Positions 11,946-22,950 of a stretch of DNA of 64,000 nucleotides are shown here, piece after piece. A program made the position numbers and the translations under genes. The stretch comes from an uncultured Candidatus Binatia bacterium. GTDB taxonomy: Bacteria > Desulfobacterota > Binatia > UBA9968 > JAJDTQ01. Below the pieces are notes generated by a model, which saw nothing but the letters and a program-made list of their open reading frames with translations, had not been told where the DNA came from and searched no databases. Position 1 is the first letter of the stretch. Each line of letters begins with the position of its first letter. The stretch spans positions 2,944,001 to 3,008,000 of the forward strand of contig OZ244070.1 of assembly GCA_965215605.1 (NCBI GenBank). The letters are read 5' to 3'.

Positions 11946-12694
11946 ACCCGCACCCCCGAGTGACCATCGACGACTTCGATGCCGTCCTGTTCGATCTGGA
12001 CGGAGTCCTGACCTCCACCGCGCGGGTCCACTCCGTGTGCTGGAAGAAGATGTTCGACGAGTTCCTGCGGCAGCGCGCCGTGGAAACCGGCGGGGCCTTC
12101 GTGGCTTTCGACCTGGACGGCGACTACAAGCGGTACGTGGACGGCAAGCCCCGTTACGACGGGGTCCGGAGCTTCCTGGAGTCGCGGGGAATCGAGCTGC
12201 CCGACGGCGACCCGGACGACCCGCCGTCGGCATCGAGCGCCTGCGGCCTCGGCAACCGCAAGGACCGGCTGTTCAACGAGGTGCTGAAGGTGGAAGGGGC
12301 GGAGACGTACGACGGCACCATCCGTTGGGCCCGGGCTCTCCGCGGCCGGGGTATCAAGACGGCGGTGGTGTCCTCCAGCAAGAACTGCAAGTCCATCATG
12401 GAGGCCGCGGCCATCGAGGATCTGTTCGACACGCGGATGGACGGTGAGATCGCCCAGCGGCTCGGTATCCCCGGAAAGCCCGCGCCCGACACCTATCTCA
12501 GGGCCGCCGGGGAACTCGGCGTGCGCCCGGAGAGAGCGGTGGTGGTGGAGGATGCCCTTTCCGGCGTTCAGGCCGGCCGCGCGGGTGGCTTCGGCCTTGT
12601 CATCGGGGTGGACCGGCACGGTGATGCCGAAGCCCTTCGCGAGAACGGCGCGGACATCGTGGTGACCGATCTGGCCGAGATGCTGGACGAGTAG
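11942..12694 (+). CDS. Beta-phosphoglucomutase family HAD hydrolase
   Basis: [38 protein letters not shown]; GTGA overlap with adk. Confidence 0.88.
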   Translation: MNPHPRVTIDDFDAVLFDLDGVLTSTARVHSVCWKKMFDEFLRQRAVETGGAFVAFDLDGDYKRYVDGKPRYDGVRSFLESRGIELPDGDPDDPPSASSACGLGNRKDRLFNEVLKVEGAETYDGTIRWARALRGRGIKTAVVSSSKNCKSIMEAAAIEDLFDTRMDGEIAQRLGIPGKPAPDTYLRAAGELGVRPERAVVVEDALSGVQAGRAGGFGLVIGVDRHGDAEALRENGADIVVTDLAEMLDE

Positions 12695-12714
12695 TGTGTC
12701 GGTGGGTTTAGCGG

Positions 12715-12751
12715 CCGTTCGGCCTGAGCGCAGCGTAGCGAGGTCGAAGGG
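12715..12751. repeat. REP-like intergenic element between convergent genes
   Basis: Reverse strand reads cccttcgac...gctcaggccgaacgg, resembling the CCCTTCGAC-GCTCAGG-GAACGG intergenic repeats I recall from high-GC genomes. Confidence 0.4.
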
Positions 12752-15730
12752 TCATCCCGCCTCCAGAAAGAACCTCTCGTAGCAGGCGCGGATGCGCTCC
12801 CGGCGTTTCTGGTAGTCCCGCAGCAAGGCGGCGCCCGGGGAACCGCGCCCCTTTTTCCCGTAGCCGAGGGCCAGGGCCACGGCCCGAAGCCGGCCCGGCT
12901 CACGTTCCAGAACGTGGATTTCCTGATCCCGCTCGAGGCGCAGGCGATGGCCCAGGCGGCGCAGGAAAGCATATCCTTCCACCAGGATCCGGTGGTCCCG
13001 GGCGCCGAGGATGTGCAACTCCCGGAGCGCGGCTGCCGCCCCCAGGGTGTCCCGTTGGCGCAACGCGGCGTGCTCGTGCCCGAAACGCAGTTGCAGCATC
13101 TGCACCAGGAACTCCACGTCGATCAACCCGCCGCGCCCGGTCTTGACGTCGAAACGGGAACCGTCCTCGCGCGCCAGCTCCCGCTCCATGCGCCTGCGCA
13201 GCCGGTCGATTTCGCTCAGGTGCTCCCGGCTGAAGCCGTCCTGATAGGCGAAGCGTTCGGCGATGGCCTCGGCCTCGGCGCCGAGCCCGGGATCGCCGGC
13301 CACGAAACGGGCCCGGATCAGCGCCTGCCGTTCCCATAGCTGCGAGTTGGTTTCGTGGTAGCGGCGGAACGCTTGGAGGGAGGACACCAGCGGTCCCGAC
13401 CGTCCGGAAGGCCGCAGGCGCATGTCGAGCCGATACGCGATCCCTTCTCTTGTCGGCGCGGAGAGACAGGCAATGAGCCGCTGTCCGAGGTGCACGTAGT
13501 ACTCGTGGGCGCCGGCGGCCTCGACGCCGTCGGGGCTGTCGTAGAGGAAGATGAGATCCAGGTCGGAGTTGTACTCGAGCTGCCGTTCGCCGAGCTTGCC
13601 CATGGCCAGCACCGCGAAGCGCCCGTCTTGCGGGGCCTCGTGCCGGCGTTCCATCTCGCTCCGGGCCAGCGTCAGGGCCGCTTCGAGACAGGCTTCCGCC
13701 AGGTCCGTCAGTTGCGCCACAGTCTCGTCGAAGGCCAGCTCCTCGCCGAGATCATGGAGGCCCAGCCGTATGAACTCCTCGAGGCGGTAGCGCCTCAGGC
13801 GGTCGAGCCGGTCCTCGATGTCGCCGGCTTCGTCGATGGAGGCGTCCAGCTCCGCCTGCAGTTCCGCGCGGGTCTTGGCCACGCGCGTGAGATCCACCCG
13901 GATCAGGCTGTCCAGCATCTCGGGCCGGTTCACGAACAGGACCGACAGGAATTGGCTGTTGGCGAACAGATCGACGAGCAGGCGCGTGGTCTTGGGATTT
14001 TCCGCCAACAGGGTGAGAAAGCCGGTCCGGGCGCCGATGCGGCGGCCGAACTCGGCCATGTGGTGCAGCGCCTGCTGCGGTTCCGCCGAGTCCAGTATGG
14101 TCTTCATCAAGGCCGGCATGAGGTCCCGCATGACCTTGCGGCGGTTGGGACCCGGAGGGGTGGCGCCACTGCCGTCCCGCACCGCCAGCAGGTCTTCATA
14201 GGCCTTGGCGGCGTCGTCGAACCCCCGTTCCTCGAGCTCGCCCATGACCCGTTCCCGTTGCTCCAGGTCCCGCCACACATCTGCCTCCGGACGGCCTCCC
14301 GCGGCGGAGATCTCCCTCCGCGCGCCGTAGAAGAGCCGATCGAAGGCGCTGTGCACGACTTCGGTATGCTTCCGGTAATCGGTCCGGAAGGCGTCGGTTT
14401 CGCCTCCCGCCGGAGCGACGTAGCCCAGCCGCCGCGCCAGCGCCCGCTGCCGGTCCGCCGCCGCCGGGATCTCATGCGACTGCTCGTGAGCGAATATCTG
14501 GATCTTGTGCTCCGCGTTGCGAAGGAACCGGTAGGCGGCGCCCAGCGCCTCGCTCTCCACGGCCGGGAGGTAACCGCACCGGGCCAGCGCCTCCAGGGCA
14601 TCGAGCGTGCCGCGCTGCTGGATACGGGGGTCGTACCCTCCGTTGACCAGTTGCAGGGCCTGGGTGAAGAACTCCACCTCCCGGATGCCGCCGTGACCGA
14701 GCTTGAGATTCCGTTGGCGGCGGTCGCCGTCGGCGAGCTGTTGCCGTTCGATGCGCGCCTTCATGTCGCGCAGTTCCTCCACCGTGGAATAGTCCAGATA
14801 ACGGCGGTAGACGAACGGCCGGACGTCGTCGAGAAAGGTCTCGCCCAACGCCACGTCCCCGGCCACGGGTCTGGCCTTGATCAGGGCCGAACGCTCCCAA
14901 CACTGGCCCCAGGACTCGTAGTAGAGCAGCGCCGCCGCTACGGGTTGCGCGGCGGGTCCCTGGCCGCCCATGGGACGAAGCCGCAGGTCGGTGCGGAACA
15001 CCAGACCGTCCTCGGTGAGCTCACCCATGGCGCAGGTCAGGCGTTCCGCCAGTTGGCCGAAGAACTCGGGCGGCGAGGCCGCGCGGCGGTTCGCGCGCTC
15101 GTCGGTCTCGTACAGGTAGATGAGGTCGACATCGGAGCTGAAGTTGAGCTCTCCGCCGCCCAGCTTGCCCATGCCCAGGATCACGAAGCGGTTGTCCCTG
15201 GATGTGCGGGGAAGTCTCACGCGGCCGTGTTGCCGTTCAAGGTCGGCGCGGCAGAACCGGTAGGCGGCGTCCAGTGTGACGTCGGCGAGGGTCGTCAGCT
15301 CCGTCATGGTTTCTTCCACCCGCGCCAGCGAGCCGAGATCGCGGCCGCCGATGCGAAGGAACTCCCGCCTCTTGTGGCGCCGCAACCGGCGGTAGAACCG
15401 CGCCGGAGTCTCCTCCCTGGGGATCCGGCCGAGCTCTGCCGCATGCCGCGCCGCCGGCTTGGGTCCGGTGCGGACGGCCCGAGTGAACGTCTCGGCCCAT
15501 GCATCGCCCTCGTTGATGAGGATGTCCGCGAGGTAGGCGCTGCCGCCGAGGATCCGGAGCAGGATCCGCAGATCCGCCGGTGCCAGCCTTGCCAAGGGTG
15601 CGCCGCCGCCGGATTCTACCAGCCGCCCGAGTTGCACCAGGGCGGCGTCGGGGGACGGCGCCGATCGGGCCAAGCGTTGCAGCCGGCGGCGCTCGGAGGG
15701 TGAGAATCCTGGCAGGTTGAGCTCGCTCAT
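12752..15730 (-). CDS. glnE: Bifunctional glutamine synthetase adenylyltransferase/adenylyl-removing enzyme
   Basis: Two NTase motifs (MGKLGGGELNFSSDVD, MGKLGERQLEYNSDLD), DLRLRP/DMRLRP, WER, GGIREVEF. Confidence 0.96.
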   Translation of the reverse strand: MSELNLPGFSPSERRRLQRLARSAPSPDAALVQLGRLVESGGGAPLARLAPADLRILLRILGGSAYLADILINEGDAWAETFTRAVRTGPKPAARHAAELGRIPREETPARFYRRLRRHKRREFLRIGGRDLGSLARVEETMTELTTLADVTLDAAYRFCRADLERQHGRVRLPRTSRDNRFVILGMGKLGGGELNFSSDVDLIYLYETDERANRRAASPPEFFGQLAERLTCAMGELTEDGLVFRTDLRLRPMGGQGPAAQPVAAALLYYESWGQCWERSALIKARPVAGDVALGETFLDDVRPFVYRRYLDYSTVEELRDMKARIERQQLADGDRRQRNLKLGHGGIREVEFFTQALQLVNGGYDPRIQQRGTLDALEALARCGYLPAVESEALGAAYRFLRNAEHKIQIFAHEQSHEIPAAADRQRALARRLGYVAPAGGETDAFRTDYRKHTEVVHSAFDRLFYGARREISAAGGRPEADVWRDLEQRERVMGELEERGFDDAAKAYEDLLAVRDGSGATPPGPNRRKVMRDLMPALMKTILDSAEPQQALHHMAEFGRRIGARTGFLTLLAENPKTTRLLVDLFANSQFLSVLFVNRPEMLDSLIRVDLTRVAKTRAELQAELDASIDEAGDIEDRLDRLRRYRLEEFIRLGLHDLGEELAFDETVAQLTDLAEACLEAALTLARSEMERRHEAPQDGRFAVLAMGKLGERQLEYNSDLDLIFLYDSPDGVEAAGAHEYYVHLGQRLIACLSAPTREGIAYRLDMRLRPSGRSGPLVSSLQAFRRYHETNSQLWERQALIRARFVAGDPGLGAEAEAIAERFAYQDGFSREHLSEIDRLRRRMERELAREDGSRFDVKTGRGGLIDVEFLVQMLQLRFGHEHAALRQRDTLGAAAALRELHILGARDHRILVEGYAFLRRLGHRLRLERDQEIHVLEREPGRLRAVALALGYGKKGRGSPGAALLRDYQKRRERIRACYERFFLEAG

Positions 15731-15840
15731 GGAAGTCGTGGCCGCGGGGACGGTTTTCGTAGCCGGGGCAATTGACGCAGTATCGCCGAAGAATATACAA
15801 AGAAAAAGAACAGGAAGAATAGATCACAAGGGAGGGGCCG

Positions 15841-16254
15841 ATGAAACTCGAACTGCAAGTGACCTTTCGCGACGTGGAACCCTCTCGCGCTGTCGAGCAG
15901 GCCATCCGCGACAAGGCGGCCAAGCTCGATCAGTTCCATGATCGCATTACGAGTTGCCGGGTCGTGGTGGCCGCGCCGCACCGTCACCATCACAAGGGCA
16001 GGCTTTACAATGTCCGTATCGATCTGACGGTGCCCGGGGGCGAGCTGGTGGTGAACCGTGACAACAGCCACGCCGCGGCGCACCACGACGTCCACGTGGC
16101 CATTCGGGACGCGTTCGACGCGGCGAGGCGGCAGGTACAGGATTATGCCCGTCGACGGCGGGGTGAGGTGAAGACCCACTCGGCGACCCCCCGCGGGGAG
16201 GTCGCCGAGCAGCCTCTCAGTCCTGAAGGTTCAGTTCCGCTACCGCGGTCCTGA
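15841..16254 (+). CDS. HPF/RaiA family ribosome-associated protein
   Basis: [44 protein letters not shown]. Confidence 0.85.
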   Translation: MKLELQVTFRDVEPSRAVEQAIRDKAAKLDQFHDRITSCRVVVAAPHRHHHKGRLYNVRIDLTVPGGELVVNRDNSHAAAHHDVHVAIRDAFDAARRQVQDYARRRRGEVKTHSATPRGEVAEQPLSPEGSVPLPRS

Positions 16255-17749
16255 GCTTTCTCAGGGCTCGTTGCTCGATCTGGCGGATGCGTTCCCGCGT
16301 GAGCGAGAAACGCTCGCCGAGTTCTTCGAGGGTATAGTCCCGCACCTCCCCGATGCCGAAGCGGAAGCGCAGCACGGCTTCCTCGCGGGGCGGCAGGGTG
16401 GCGAGAACCCTCTTGACCTTGTCGCGCAGGTTGGCGTGAATGGTCTGGTCCAGGGGTTTGGCGATGTGCTTGTCCTCGACGAAGTCGCCGAGCCGGCTCT
16501 CCTCGTCGTCGCCCATGGGCGTTTCCAACGAAACCGGTTCCTTGACGATGCGCATCAGCCTGCGGATCTCGTCGGTGGTCAGCCCCATCTCGACCGCCAC
16601 CTCATCGGGCTGCGGCTCTCTCCCGAGCTTGCGGTGGAGCGACCGGTGCGCGCGGATGAGCTTGTTCCGGGTCTCGATCATGTGAACCGGGATGCGGATG
16701 GTCGGCGCCGAGTCGATGATGCCGCGGGTGATGCTTTGCCGAATCCACCAGCCGGCGTAGGTCGAGAACCGGTAGCCCAGCCGATAGTCGAACTTCTCCG
16801 CCGCGCGCATGAGGCCGACATTGCCCTCCTGAATCAGATCCAGGAACTGGAGCCCCCGGTTGCCGTATTTCTTCGCCAGGCTGACGACGAGCCTCAGATT
16901 GGCCTCGATGAGTACCTTCTTCGCGGATGAGGCCTTGTACTCGGCGGCGTTGATCGCTTTCACCTGACTCGTGATATCGGCCGCGGAAGATTCGAGGGCG
17001 TCCTCGACGGCTTGTAACTCGGCGGCGATGCGCTTGGCCGCATTGCCGCGCGTGTGGGTGCGGGCCTGTTCCTGCAACTCGACGATGGCCCGGTGAGACT
17101 CCTTGAGGGTTTCGCCGACCTCGTCGATCCACTCCTTGGAAAGGCGCAGCCCCTTCACCGTGTCGATGATCCGGTTCGCCTTCTTGCCGAGGTCGGCTTC
17201 CAGCACCCCCCGGCGCTTCTGGGAGGTCCGCTTCCGGGCGAGCTCTTTCCGCATGCGCGTCTGGTCCTCCACAAGACCGCGCAGCACGGTGATTCCCTTG
17301 AGGAAGCGACGGCGTTCCGTGGTCTCGTCGAACGCGGTGCCGTCATCGTCCAGCATCAACACACGATCCAGCCCTGTTTCGTTCTTTTTGATCCGCTCGG
17401 CGAGGTCGAGAACGCGACGGACCGTAAAGGGCGAGGCAAGGACACTGGCGATGTACTCGTCCTGGCCCTGCTCCATCTGCATCCCGAGCTGTACCTCGCG
17501 TTCCCGCGTCAACAGGGGGGTGGAGCCGATGTCCCGCAGATACAACGACACCGGATCGGTCTTTTCGTCCACCCGGTCGCTGTCCACCGGAACGGGGCTC
17601 TGCGGGGACTCCTCGGAAAACGACGCGCTCCGCTCCTCTTCCTCCACTTCTCCCATGGAGATATCGTCAAGCTCGTCGATTGAGTCGTCCATCGCCTCCT
17701 CGGTGTCTTCGATGTTCAAGGCTCTCTCCATCATCGTTGCTTCCGCCAT
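16217..17749 (-). CDS. RpoD-like sigma-70 factor lacking a recognisable region 1.1 (secondary/group 2-like)
   Basis: [11 protein letters not shown] (1.2), [40 protein letters not shown]. Confidence 0.88.
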   Translation of the reverse strand: MAEATMMERALNIEDTEEAMDDSIDELDDISMGEVEEEERSASFSEESPQSPVPVDSDRVDEKTDPVSLYLRDIGSTPLLTREREVQLGMQMEQGQDEYIASVLASPFTVRRVLDLAERIKKNETGLDRVLMLDDDGTAFDETTERRRFLKGITVLRGLVEDQTRMRKELARKRTSQKRRGVLEADLGKKANRIIDTVKGLRLSKEWIDEVGETLKESHRAIVELQEQARTHTRGNAAKRIAAELQAVEDALESSAADITSQVKAINAAEYKASSAKKVLIEANLRLVVSLAKKYGNRGLQFLDLIQEGNVGLMRAAEKFDYRLGYRFSTYAGWWIRQSITRGIIDSAPTIRIPVHMIETRNKLIRAHRSLHRKLGREPQPDEVAVEMGLTTDEIRRLMRIVKEPVSLETPMGDDEESRLGDFVEDKHIAKPLDQTIHANLRDKVKRVLATLPPREEAVLRFRFGIGEVRDYTLEELGERFSLTRERIRQIEQRALRKLRTAVAELNLQD

Positions 17750-18044
17750 GATTGAGCATGCCGTCGCTGGAAGGGCCCGGCTCCTTCCGGCAGGCCGGCA
17801 AATCGACCGTTCTCAGGTTGAAAGTGTCCGCAACCATCGCGAAACCTCAATGCTCCGATTCGACTGGCCTGCCGGGGCGTCGTCAAGGGATCGGCGGTAC
17901 AGACACGAATGTAAATTTATGCGTTGGGACAGTCCCTGCGGACCCAACAAGACTAAGTAGCGGTCCTTGAGGAGTATCAGCAACAACCCACAGTATCACT
18001 GAAAATAATCGTTGTCAAGCACATGGTTAGCGGCCTCCGGGACG

Positions 18045-19469
18045 TCACTTGTCGTCCCGGAGGCCGTACTTCCGGAGCTTGTATCGGAGCGCCCGCTCGC
18101 TGATGCCGAGATTGTCCGCCGCCTTGGTCTGGATGCCGCCGGCAGCGTCCAGGGCCTCGACGATCATGCGCCGTTCCATCCCTTCCACCACTGCCGACAG
18201 ATTGGTCTGGTCGTCCGCGCCGGCGCGGGTTTCCTTGATGGTCAGCGGCAGTTCGCCCAGGCTCACCACGTCGTCGCGCGTCAGCACGATGGCGCGTTCC
18301 ACCAGGTTCTCCAGCTCTCGAACGTTGCCGGGATAGTCGTACCGCAGCAGGGCGTCACGGGCGTCGCGGGAGAAACCCTGGATGGGTTTGCTGTTCTTCT
18401 CGGCGAATTTCCGGAGGAAATGCTCGATGAGCGCGGGGAGGTCCTGGCGGCGCTCACGCAGGGGGGGCAGGATGATGGTCACGACGTTGAGGCGGTAGTA
18501 GAGATCCTCGCGGAAGCTGCCCTCCCGCATGAGTTGCTCGAGATCCCTGTGCGTCGCCGTGATGATGCGCACGTCGGTGGTGATGGCGCGGTTCGAGCCC
18601 ACCCGCTCGAATTCCTTTTCCTGCAGTACGCGCAGCAGCTTTGCCTGCAGATGGGCGGGCAGGTCGCCGATCTCGTCCAGAAACAGGGTGCCTCCGTCAG
18701 CGATCTCGAAGCGGCCCTTGCGCATGGCGAACGCGCCGGTGAACGCCCCCTTCTCGTGCCCGAACAGCTCCGATTCCAGCAGGGTCTCGGGCAGCGCGGC
18801 GCAGTTCACCTTCACCAGCGCTCCGGTCCTGCGTTCGCTGGCGTAATGGATGGCCTTGGCGATGAGCTCCTTGCCGGTGCCACTCTCACCGCGAAGCAGG
18901 ACGGTGGCATCGCTGGGAGCCACCCGCCGCACCAGGTCGAGGACTTCCTGCATCTGGCCGCTCTCCCCGATGATGCCCTCGATGCGATGGCGTTCCTGGA
19001 GCGCTTCCCGGAGTTGGGTGTTCTCCCGCACCAGTTGGTGGCTGCGCTTGACCCGCTCGATGCGGAGCAGGAGCTCTTCCAGGTTGAGCGGCTTGGTGAG
19101 GTAGTCGGTGGCTCCGTCCTTCATGGCGGAGACCGCGGTCTCGATGCTCCCGTACGCGGTCATGATGATGACGGCCACCTCGGGGTCCACTCCCCGGCAC
19201 TGCGTCAGCAGGTCCAGGCCCGACATCTCCGACATCCGCTGATCCGTCAGCACCAGATCGAAGGGTTCCTTGCGGAACCGCTCCAGCGCCCGGCCGGCGC
19301 TCTCCATCAGCACCACTTCGAACCCGGCCTTGCGGAGAAAGCCTCCGACGAACTCGAGCTGCGTGCGCTCGTCGTCCACCACCATCACGTGGAAGCGGTC
19401 CCCGTGGCTTGCAGCCCGCGGTTCGGAGTCTTCTCGATAGGCCTGTTCGGTCATTTCAGTGCTCGTCAT
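18045..19469 (-). CDS. Sigma-54-dependent response regulator (ZraR/AtoC/NtrC family)
   Basis: Receiver (VVDDE, LTDQRM, KP), GESGTGKE, GAFTGA, FLDEIG, PGNVRELEN, Fis-type HTH. Confidence 0.95.
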   Translation of the reverse strand: MTSTEMTEQAYREDSEPRAASHGDRFHVMVVDDERTQLEFVGGFLRKAGFEVVLMESAGRALERFRKEPFDLVLTDQRMSEMSGLDLLTQCRGVDPEVAVIIMTAYGSIETAVSAMKDGATDYLTKPLNLEELLLRIERVKRSHQLVRENTQLREALQERHRIEGIIGESGQMQEVLDLVRRVAPSDATVLLRGESGTGKELIAKAIHYASERRTGALVKVNCAALPETLLESELFGHEKGAFTGAFAMRKGRFEIADGGTLFLDEIGDLPAHLQAKLLRVLQEKEFERVGSNRAITTDVRIITATHRDLEQLMREGSFREDLYYRLNVVTIILPPLRERRQDLPALIEHFLRKFAEKNSKPIQGFSRDARDALLRYDYPGNVRELENLVERAIVLTRDDVVSLGELPLTIKETRAGADDQTNLSAVVEGMERRMIVEALDAAGGIQTKAADNLGISERALRYKLRKYGLRDDK

Positions 19470-19503
19470 CCGCGGCTCCGGCCCCGCCGCCCCCGACCCG
19501 CGC

Positions 19504-21234
19504 TCACCCGAGCGTGTGGTCCAGCGGAAGAACGATCTCGAATCGGCTGCCGCTTCCCGCCTTGCTGGTCACGTCAAGGGTCCCGCCATGGCCTTCGATG
19601 ATCCGGCGTGCGATGGCGAGCCCCAGTCCGGAGCCATCGGTCTTGGTGGTGAAGTAGGGCTCGAAAATCCGCGCCAGATTCTCCGGTTCGATGCCGACCC
19701 CGGTGTCGCTCACCGAAAGCCGCATCCTCGAATCCCGCACGGCCGTCTCGATGGTGAGCTTGCCGCCTTCCGGCATGGCCTGAAGGCCGTTCAGGATGAG
19801 ATTCAGCAACACCTGTTTGAGGTAGTCGGGATCCGCCTTGACCACCGGCCGCGGGCCGTGGTTCACCACCGCCATCTCCACCCCGGCCGTGGCGGCGTCG
19901 CTTTGGGTCAACGTGGTCAGCTCGTTCAGCAACTGGTCCACCTTGACCAGATCGGTCTTCATGCTCAATGGCCGCGCCAGTGACAGGAATTCCTCGACGA
20001 TGGCGTTCAGCCGGTGGACCTCGCCGCGCATCAACTCGATGAAGTGGGTGTACTCGCCCTCGTCCTGGTTGGGCTGGAACTCGGCCTTGAGGCGCTGCAG
20101 TCCCATGGAGATGGCGTTGAGGGGGTTGCGGACCTCGTGGGCCACGGTGGCGGCGAGATTGCCCATCATGGAGAGGTGCTCGCGGCGTTCCACCTCGGCC
20201 TCCAGGGCCTTGATCTCCTGCATGTGGAAGCGCTGATTGTACAGGATCGCGGCAAACCCCAGCATGCCCAGGGCCAGTATGCCGCAGCCGAGGCCCACCA
20301 TGGACCACAGACTCTGCCACCACGCCGCGTCGACGTAGTCCATGGAGAGGCCGATCCTCAGGAACCCCATGGGATCGTCGTCCAGCGTGATGGGTTTCAC
20401 CATCTCGTAACGCCGGTCTCCGGCTTCCGCCTGCGCGATCCGGTGGGCCGACCGTTCGCTGGCCCGGGCCCTGGCAGTCAGGTCGTCGCCCATCCGCGTT
20501 CCGACCAGCGTCGGGTCGGTGTGAGCGAGCACCGTGAAGTCGTTGTCGAGAAGCGCGAGCTCGTGGATCTCGTCCTGCCGCCCCAGGTCCTGGATCTGGC
20601 GCTGCACGCCGATTTCGTGCTGCAGCTTCAGCATGTAGGACGCGTCGGCGTGAATGGCGATGAAGCCGGGGAAGCTGCGCGCCTCCAGGGCCACGCCGAA
20701 GACGCTGTCCTCCCAGAATTTGTGTTGGGGCAGGGCGGGCGATTGCCCCGGGAACTGTGACCAGAGCCTGCCCCAGATGTGCACCTCCGCTTGGCGGCCG
20801 GCCCATCGCTCCCGAAACCCCGCCAGCAGGTCGCCAATCTCGGGCGTCTCGAATCCGGTGTGCGATACCCAGGGGCGGCCCTGGAGGTCCAGGAGCTCGA
20901 CCTTGTAGAGATCGTTGATGGCGCTGATGCGCTGTACCAGGACCGCGGGCGGATTGGCGGTCAGGAGCCGGTCGATGACGCGCGCGTTGTCCAGCAGGCG
21001 CTGCCTCACCAACTGCTCGATCACTGCATTGCCCTTGATGGATTTCTTCGCGCTGGTCTCCATGGTCTTGGTCAGAGCCATGGCCTTGACCTCCACCTGA
21101 CGCACCAGCTCTTCCTCCAGCCAGCGGCTCTCGTAGAAGACGTAGAGCGAGAACAGGACGAGAAGCAGCAGTACGGAGGCAAGAAAGTAGGGGACCAGGG
21201 ATGCGCGTTTCATGGCATTTGTGGGCGATTTCAA
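19504..21234 (-). CDS. Membrane sensor histidine kinase (ZraS/HydH-like)
   Basis: Two TM segments around a periplasmic domain; AHEVRNPL H-box, NLILN, DTGVGI, GSGLGL. Confidence 0.92.
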   Translation of the reverse strand: MKSPTNAMKRASLVPYFLASVLLLLVLFSLYVFYESRWLEEELVRQVEVKAMALTKTMETSAKKSIKGNAVIEQLVRQRLLDNARVIDRLLTANPPAVLVQRISAINDLYKVELLDLQGRPWVSHTGFETPEIGDLLAGFRERWAGRQAEVHIWGRLWSQFPGQSPALPQHKFWEDSVFGVALEARSFPGFIAIHADASYMLKLQHEIGVQRQIQDLGRQDEIHELALLDNDFTVLAHTDPTLVGTRMGDDLTARARASERSAHRIAQAEAGDRRYEMVKPITLDDDPMGFLRIGLSMDYVDAAWWQSLWSMVGLGCGILALGMLGFAAILYNQRFHMQEIKALEAEVERREHLSMMGNLAATVAHEVRNPLNAISMGLQRLKAEFQPNQDEGEYTHFIELMRGEVHRLNAIVEEFLSLARPLSMKTDLVKVDQLLNELTTLTQSDAATAGVEMAVVNHGPRPVVKADPDYLKQVLLNLILNGLQAMPEGGKLTIETAVRDSRMRLSVSDTGVGIEPENLARIFEPYFTTKTDGSGLGLAIARRIIEGHGGTLDVTSKAGSGSRFEIVLPLDHTLG

Positions 21235-21335
21235 ATGACGGGGAAGGGCGGATCGGCCCCCGCCCCTCCATTATACAAGCGGATCCCGGCTTGGCAACAA
21301 CCACGAACAGGCGCCGGGGCACGGCGAGCGTGAAA

Positions 21336-21380
21336 GGGGGAGGGCCGCGGGACGACGCTTCGCCCCATGGTCCTCCCCCC
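21336..21380. terminator. GC-rich hairpin downstream of degP
   Basis: gggggagggccgcggg ... cccatggtcctccccc imperfect inverted repeat. Confidence 0.4.
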
Positions 21381-21433
21381 GGATGTGTCCGGCCGTTTTC
21401 CCGGCCGAGACTCCCGAACGCCGGCGCCTGGGA

Positions 21434-22912
21434 TCAGGTCTTGGCGGCGAAGAACCGCGTGACTTCGCCCCGCTTCACCAGGAACAGGGTGCCCCGGTCC
21501 TTGTCCGCCTGCTTCAACGCCTTGCCGTAGTCCGCCAGCGTCCCCACGGGGGTTCGATTGACCTCGAGGATCACGTCCCCCTGGCGCAACCCGGCCTCAT
21601 CCGCGGGACTCCCGGGCGCCACCTTGGTGACGACGACGCCTTCGGCACGCTTCATGGACAGTTTCTTGGCGATCTCGGGGGTCACCTCCTGCACCGTGAG
21701 GCCCAGATCGGAAGCCTGCGGTTCCACCGCCGCGGTGGTCTCCTCTCCCTGGAGCTTGCCGATACGCACGGTCAGCGTCTGTTCGCCGCCGTCGCGCAGG
21801 ACCTTCACCCCGACTTCCTTCCCCACCGGGGTCCTCGCGACGATCATGGGAAGGTCGCGAGCCAGCTTGACCGGGGCGCTGTCGAACTCGACGATGACGT
21901 CCCCGGCCTTGAATCCCGCCTCCTTCGCCGGAGTGTCGGGCAACACCTTGGACACGAGCGCCCCGCCCGACTCCTTCACGCCCAGGGACTCCGCCAGCAG
22001 CGGCGTCATCCGCTGGAAGCCGATGCCCAGCCAGCCGCGGGTCACCTGTCCGTCACTCTGGAGTTGCGGGAGCAGCTCCTTGACGAGGTTGATGGGGATG
22101 GCGAAACCGATGCCGACGTTGCCGCCGCCGCGGCTGTAGATGGCGGTGTTCACGCCCACCACCTCGCCCCGGTGATTGACCAGCGGACCGCCGGAATTGC
22201 CCGGGTTGATGGAGGCGTCGGTCTGGATGAAGTTGTCGTAGGGTCCGGCTCCGATACGGCGCCCCTTGGCGCTGACGATGCCGGACGTCACGGTCCCGTC
22301 CAGCCCGAACGGGTTTCCGACGGCGAGCACGCCTTCGCCGATGTCGAGCTTGTCGGAGTCCCCCAGCGGCACGGTGGGCAGCTCGTAGGCGGCGTTGATC
22401 CGGATCAGGGCGACATCGGTCTTTTCGTCCGTGCCGATGATCCTCCCTTCGAACTCGTTCCCGTCAGGCAGCGTGACGGTGATGGTGGCGTTCTTGCGGT
22501 CCGCCACCACATGGTGGTTCGTCAGTATCAGCCCCTTGGAGTCGATGATCACGCCGGAGCCGAACGACTCGGCCCGTCGAGGTGTGGACGGCGGTTGCGG
22601 CATGCCGAAGGGGTTGGGGTTGCTGAAGCGATCCTCGAAGAACTTGCGCCACGCATCGGGCCAGGGCTGGTTGAACGGTTGAGACCACTGCGCCGGGCGC
22701 GTGTCGCCCTTGGTGTTGATGTTGACCACCGCAGGGGTGACGGCCTTGACGAGATCCACGATGCTTTTGACCGGCCGTTGATCGGCGGCGGATTCGGTGG
22801 ACGCGCCGAGGGGCTGTTGGTCGAAGCCCGAGAAAAGGGCAATGACCGCGAGCAACAGGGCGCACACGCCCAACGTCTTCACGCATGTTGAACGATATCG
22901 TTTAGAGAGCAT
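21434..22912 (-). CDS. degP: Do/DegP/HtrA family periplasmic serine protease with two PDZ domains
   Basis: Signal peptide, GSGVII, TNHHV, DVALIR, QTDASINPGNSGGPL, two PDZ repeats. Confidence 0.9.
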   Translation of the reverse strand: MLSKRYRSTCVKTLGVCALLLAVIALFSGFDQQPLGASTESAADQRPVKSIVDLVKAVTPAVVNINTKGDTRPAQWSQPFNQPWPDAWRKFFEDRFSNPNPFGMPQPPSTPRRAESFGSGVIIDSKGLILTNHHVVADRKNATITVTLPDGNEFEGRIIGTDEKTDVALIRINAAYELPTVPLGDSDKLDIGEGVLAVGNPFGLDGTVTSGIVSAKGRRIGAGPYDNFIQTDASINPGNSGGPLVNHRGEVVGVNTAIYSRGGGNVGIGFAIPINLVKELLPQLQSDGQVTRGWLGIGFQRMTPLLAESLGVKESGGALVSKVLPDTPAKEAGFKAGDVIVEFDSAPVKLARDLPMIVARTPVGKEVGVKVLRDGGEQTLTVRIGKLQGEETTAAVEPQASDLGLTVQEVTPEIAKKLSMKRAEGVVVTKVAPGSPADEAGLRQGDVILEVNRTPVGTLADYGKALKQADKDRGTLFLVKRGEVTRFFAAKT

Positions 22913-22950
22913 TGAGCTACCTCCTTGAAGAATCGGTGTCTGTTGTTAGC

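Noticed and set aside
16217-17749. Calling this gene the primary rpoD
   Set aside because: No region 1.1, diverged region 2.4-3.0 and no dnaG neighbour
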